The position numbers were made by a program, and so were the translations under genes. Positions 58,701 through 64,000 of a stretch of 64,000 nt of DNA are shown here, piece after piece. The notes beneath the pieces are model-generated. The model was not told the DNA's origin and searched no databases. It saw only the letters and a program-made list of their open reading frames with translations. Within the stretch, counting starts at the first letter, position 1; each line of letters begins with the position of its first letter. The DNA is from Octopus bimaculoides (taxonomy: Eukaryota): contig NC_069003.1 in NCBI RefSeq assembly GCF_001194135.2, positions 21,265,587-21,329,586 on the forward strand. Reading direction: 5' to 3'.

Positions 58701-59372
58701 ATAGCTGAATAACACCGACAGACCATAATGTCTCACTTAAAGAAGGTCAAGTTGGAATAGACAAACTACAAAAAAAACAAAAAAAAAATAGAAAATAAAA
58801 AAGAAACCCAACCAGGAAAAAATATTTCAGCCAATACAAAGAATATTGAAATAGAAAATATAGATGATTAGGAATATTGATGCAAGAGCGGTCCCTATAA
58901 TTATTGTATCAGTGGAAGTAGTAGCTGTAGTGATGAATGATATAGAGAAGAACATCAAAGAACAGCCAATTATAACTTCTGTTTGAATATAGTGGCGGCA
59001 CTCCTAAAAAGGGTGGCCACCATATTTTATAAAACAACATCATTAAGATGAAAACCACAAACTTGCTTTACTATACAGCAACAGAATTGCATTGACGGAG
59101 TACACATGTACCCATGTACAGGAAATGATGTTCTTGATGATGATAGCAATCCTTTCTACTATAGGCACAAGGCCTGAAATTTGGAGGAGGGGGTTAGTTG
59201 ATTATATCGACTCCAGTGCTCAACTGGTACCTAATTTATTGACCCCAAAGGGGTTGGAAAGCAAAGTTGACCTCAGTAGCATTCGAACTTAGAATGTAAA
59301 GTAGCTGGAAGAAATGCTGCAACATATTTTATTCAACACATAAACAATTCTGCCAGCTCAACACTTTAACAA

Positions 59373-59756
59373 TAGTTGTATGCTGTCAACTTAATGTGAC
59401 AGTCCCCTGAAAGGAATAATACTACTGTTGGTTTGACCTAGGAAGTTGCACCGCTTCCTGCCAGCCTTGACACATTTCCTGTGTCCTTATGTTTACAAGG
59501 GGAAGACAGGAATAAAAATAACAATCCTTTCTAATAAAGACACAAGGCCTGAAATTTAGAGGAAGGGCTAGTTGATTACATCGGCCCCATTGCCCAACTG
59601 GTACTTATTTTTATTGACTCCAAAAGGATGAAAGGCACATAAGGACACAGAAAATGTGTCAAGGCTGACAGGAAGTGGTGCAGCTTCCTAGGTCTAACCA
59701 ACAGTAGTATTATTCCCTTCAAGGGACTGTCACATTAAGTTGACAGCATACAACTA
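59373..59756. mobile_element. 120-bp inverted repeat pair enclosing a SINE fragment
   Basis: Arms 59373-59492 and 59637-59756 differ at 7 of 120 positions. Confidence 0.8.
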
Positions 59757-60346
59757 CTTCATCGTATCGCTACTGCATAAATTTCTCTGAGAGATTTAGA
59801 AATGTATTATTTCTAAACTCTAATAATAATTCTTTCTAATTTTGGCACAAGGCCAGTATTTTTGAGGAGAGAGGGGCAAGTTGATTACATCAACCCTAGT
59901 ATTTGACTGGTACATTCTTCGTTTTATCAACACCAGATAATAATTACAGTTAACCTCAGCAGAATTCTAAGTCAGAACATAAAGAACCAAAACAAGTTCA
60001 GCAAATATTTTTGCTGATACTGTAATGATTTTGATAATCCAGTAATAAAAATAATAATCCTGAAATTTAGAGGAAGGGCTAGTTGATTACATCGACCCCA
60101 TTGCCTAACTGGTACTTATTTTTATTGACTCCAAAAGGATGAAAGGCAAAGTCGACCTCAGTAGAATTTGAACTCAGAACGTAAAGAAAGGATGCTAAGC
60201 ATTTTGCTTGGCATGCTAACATTTCAGCCAGATCACCACCAACCATAAGAGCATCACAGCAAACCACAGCACATACCCAAGGCACACAGAGCTGCGCTCG
60301 GTAGTGAAGTGAAAGCATGTGATAAAAATAAGACTACTAAATAATG

Positions 60347-60387
<41 letters not shown>

Positions 60388-61773
60388 CCTTTCTACTATA
60401 GGCACAAGGCCTGAAATTTGGGGGAGGGGTTATAGTTGATCACACCGATCCCAGTTTTCAACTGGTACTTAATTTATCAACCCTGAAAGGAGAAAAGGCA
60501 AAGTCGACCTTGGTGGAATTTGAACTCAGAACATAAAGGCAGACGAAATACTGCTAAGTATTTCATCCAGCATGCTAACAATTTTGCCAGCTTGCTGCCT
60601 TAATAATAACAATAATAATAATAATAGTTTCAAATTTTGGCACAAGGCCAGCACTTTTAACGGGAGGTCAATAGGTTACTATGTTGACCTCAGTATTTAA
60701 CTGGTACTTATTGAGGCATAGTTTGAGGGAGATTTGGTTGCTTTTTCTTGCAGGTTGAGTGACTCTGTAGTGGTTCCCTTGTTGACTTATTAGGGACATA
60801 ACATGTCCCTAATAAGGACATATAAAAACAAATGGCGATATTACAATGTTTATGATATCCACTCAACCACAAGATATGACTTATGTTGTTGTGCTTTATG
60901 ACAGAAAACAAGAATTATGTTGTTGGAACTAAGATGTTTCTTGCAAAACAAAGCAAAAAAAAAAATAATAAATAAACTGATAATATTCCCAAACAAGTGA
61001 ACACAAATGGTGCAAACAGAAGGGATCCGGTTAGCAGTTGTGTGTTTGTCAACTTGTAAATCATATCACACATTTGTGTTTACCACCTAGCTGGCAATGG
61101 GTGCCAAGACAGGAAATTAGAAGAATTATTTCAATGTCAGACAGAATCCTAGAACCCTTTGTAGTATTCCTTCTGGCTCTCTATGCTATAAGTTCAAATC
61201 CTGCCAAGACCGATTTTTCCTTTCACCTTTTTGGGGTTGATAAATAAAGTGTCAGTCTCTTTCTCTCTCTCTAGTTTATGCCAGTTCAAAAGGTGTAGTC
61301 TTCCCACATTATGTCACACTGATGCTGCATGAGAATTGCATTAACTTCCACTCATACCTGTGGAATCCTCAGTCGCTTACATGTGAATTTCCCCAAGTAG
61401 GAATTTAATCAGAGAGACAACTGAATCATCATCAAAGATATTGATGGAGAATTCAGTAAAAGAGTACCAGAGTGGAGGAACAACATGCTGTCGTGATTAA
61501 TTAAACTTGTAGTACTAATGAGTATTTTATTAGTTTGTAGTACTAATAAGTATTTCATTTTTAGAAGAACTAACAAATATTTTATTAGCTTGTCGTAATA
61601 ATGAGTAGTTTGTTAATTTGCAGTACTCAAAATGTAAAGGAGCCAATCAACTGCCTCGGTTAGCCATTTTTGTTACCATATTTCTGTTGTAATACTCTGC
61701 CATTGTTTCAATTAATTTTGAAAATAGTGAGAATTTGGTAAAATAACTTTGTTGTTATTATTACTATTATTAT

Positions 61774-62070
61774 TAGTTTATGTAGGACTGAAGTAACTCA
61801 ACAGAAGTTTTTATATCTATAAAAACTTCTGTTGAGTTACTTCAGTCCTACATAAACTAGAAGAATGAATTAGACTGACATGTTTATTTTGAACCTGTTG
61901 AAGGCACACGGGATGCCGAAGTATAGTTTCAACTACAAATAAATAACTGTTGCTTTCGAGTTGTGCTTTTCATCATTAAGTTTGCTTTGGTGATGGATTA
62001 TGTCAGCTTTGTTTACCTTAGTGATGGATTGTGTCAATCGTATTCAAGTAAAGAACTCTTCTCTCTATAT
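61774..62070 (+). mobile_element. Penelope-like element pLTR remnant with 5' fold-back palindrome
   Basis: A 42-bp perfect inverted repeat is followed by a hammerhead and AATAAA; flanked by (TAT)n tracts. Confidence 0.5.
61889..61932 (+). ncRNA. Minimal type-I hammerhead ribozyme motif (Penelope-type), A6U core
   Basis: TTGAAC-CTGTTGA-A-GGCA(CACGGGA)TGCC-GAAG-TATA-GTTTCAA, AATAAA nearby; A15.1 is G. Confidence 0.65.
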
Positions 62071-62071
62071 C

Positions 62072-62119
<48 letters not shown>

Positions 62120-62451
62120 GCTCGTATCTGGAATATAAATGAGCATGAAGTTTTGATGGAAGAAAGTCTTAGCTTAGATCACTTTAAAGCAAGAAGTTTG
62201 TATTATAGAACAGGGGGACAGCCTCTGGTGGATCTCTTGTGGGTTTGGCACCCAAAGAGTTAATAACAATTACATTTATTGCTAATGTTACACAATTATT
62301 AAAGGTGGTGAGCTGGCAGAAGAAATTAACATACCTGCTCCCTTGAAATTGCTGGCCTTGTACCAACATTTGAAACCATTATTATTATTATTATCATTAT
62401 TTTAAAAGGATTGACATAACTCTTCACAAAGATAAATAGATTACACGAAGA

Positions 62452-62956
62452 GCATGATGTGATTGCAGTAGAAGTTTTATTGGTTGAATGATATTTCGAC
62501 AGCCAGCCTATCTTTGTTGAGTTCAAAATGCAAAGTTATACATAGAAATTCAAATCCAAAATTTGTATGAGGGCAACCAGTGTTCCCAGGTTGATGGAAT
62601 GGCATCATCAGTCTTCAATTTTCAAGTTTACAACTGGCAAAGAAAAAAGAAAGAAAGAATAAGAGAAAAATGGTAAAAGAAAAGGAAAAAGAAGAATATT
62701 TAAACAGTTTTGTGTAAATATTTATACAAAACTGTTTGATTAAATATTTTTCTTTTTCCATTTCTTTTCTCTTTCTTTCTTTTTCCCAATTGAAGACTGA
62801 TATTGTCATTCTATCAATCTGGGAATGCTGGTTGCCCTCACTGAAATTTTGGATTTGAATTTCTATGAATCACTTTTCATTTTGAATTCAACAAGGACAA
62901 GCTAGCTGTTGAAATATCATTCAACCAATAAAATATGTATTGCAATCACATTGTGC
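62452..62956. mobile_element. About 500-bp foldback element, inverted nearly to its centre
   Basis: Outer arms of about 170 bp (gcatgatgtgattgca...cagtcttcaatt / aattgaagactg...tgcaatcacattgtgc); centre aaacagttttgtgtaaatatttatacaaaactgttt. Confidence 0.8.
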
Positions 62957-63694
62957 CCATCGTATTGTTTATTATTATTATTATTATTAAGGCAGTGAGT
63001 GGGCAGAATCGTTAGCATACAGGACAAAATGCTTAGTGGTAATTAATTTGTCTTTATGGTCCGAGTTCAAATTCCACCGAGGTTGACTTAGCCCTTCGTC
63101 CTTCTGGGGCTGATAAAATAAGGACCAGTGAAGTACTTAGGTGGATGTAATTGACATACCCTCTTTCCGAAAACTGCTGACCTGGTGCCGATATTTGAAA
63201 CCAATATTACATAATTATTATAATGATTATTGCTAACATCAGAACAAGGCCACATATTTTGTAGATCATAATCAATCAAGACAGACCCAAGTATTTAACT
63301 GGTACTTTTATTTTTCATTTGAAGGGCAAATAGTAAATTTGACCTCAGCGAGAACTGAGGTCAGAAATCAGAGGACATAATTAAATTAAATTCTTTGAAA
63401 GGCACCGAGTTCACTACCCTGATAATCCACTACCTCTGTAATCCTCATAAAAGATTGTTTTTTTACCATTTGTTTTTTTGTTTTTTTTTCAGAACTAAAT
63501 TTTGTAAGGAAAAATATACAGCAGTAGATTATGTCTCAATATATTACTGGTACTTCAACTTGATTTTTGAAATCAAGCAATCAAAAAAGAAGCAGACTTA
63601 GATGAAATTTGAACTCAGCACAATGAGATAGCCAGATGTGGAGACAAGAGCACACTGTGTTCAATAAGCATCTGAATGCACTTTGTTACAAATG

Positions 63695-63742
<48 letters not shown>

Positions 63743-64000
63743 AGGCTTCCATACACACTCCATCTACCAAATCCACAAGACACTGGTAGAAGACACTCCC
63801 CCAAGGTGCCACACAGTAGGACTGAACTGAAAACCACATGGCTGTAAAGCATGCCTGCTGATCCTTATGAACTGCATGTGATAATTTGTATGTGAATGTG
63901 TTGATGGATTATCCCCTCCTCCCACACACACACTTGATGAATCTCATTCTATTAACTGATGATAATTTATGGAGAATAAAAACATTGACTCTGGTAACAA

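Noticed and set aside
43600-64000. FARP FERM/FA-domain exons
   Set aside because: I searched minus-strand acceptor/donor pairs and found no FERM-like peptide; probably upstream of the window.

Overview
AT-rich, gap-ridden animal genomic DNA, most likely Octopus (inferred from cephalopod-type tRNA-derived SINE families and dense microsatellites). One protein-coding gene is supported: the 3' two-thirds of a FARP1/FARP2 (Cdep)-type FERM-RhoGEF-PH gene on the minus strand. I traced 15 phase-consistent exons (38600 to stop at 18937) encoding DH-PH1-PH2, plus a probable linker exon at 43405-43591. No FERM exons were found, so they probably lie beyond base 64000. The rest is repeats: several SINE families, RTE and CRE LINE scraps, a full-length decayed piggyBac, a deleted mariner, hAT, piggyBac and foldback MITEs, and Penelope-like terminal repeats. 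Most notable: (1) three minimal Penelope-type hammerhead ribozyme motifs with different, covarying stems that all carry the non-canonical core CUGUnGA (A6U); (2) a young 598-bp TIR element with an 8-bp TSD built around a (CCCTAA)n/(TTAGGG)n palindrome; (3) five inverted-repeat structures clustered at 58-63 kb; (4) an Illumina adapter assembled in-frame inside a DH exon. Nearly all long entries in the ORF track are microsatellite or N-gap artefacts.
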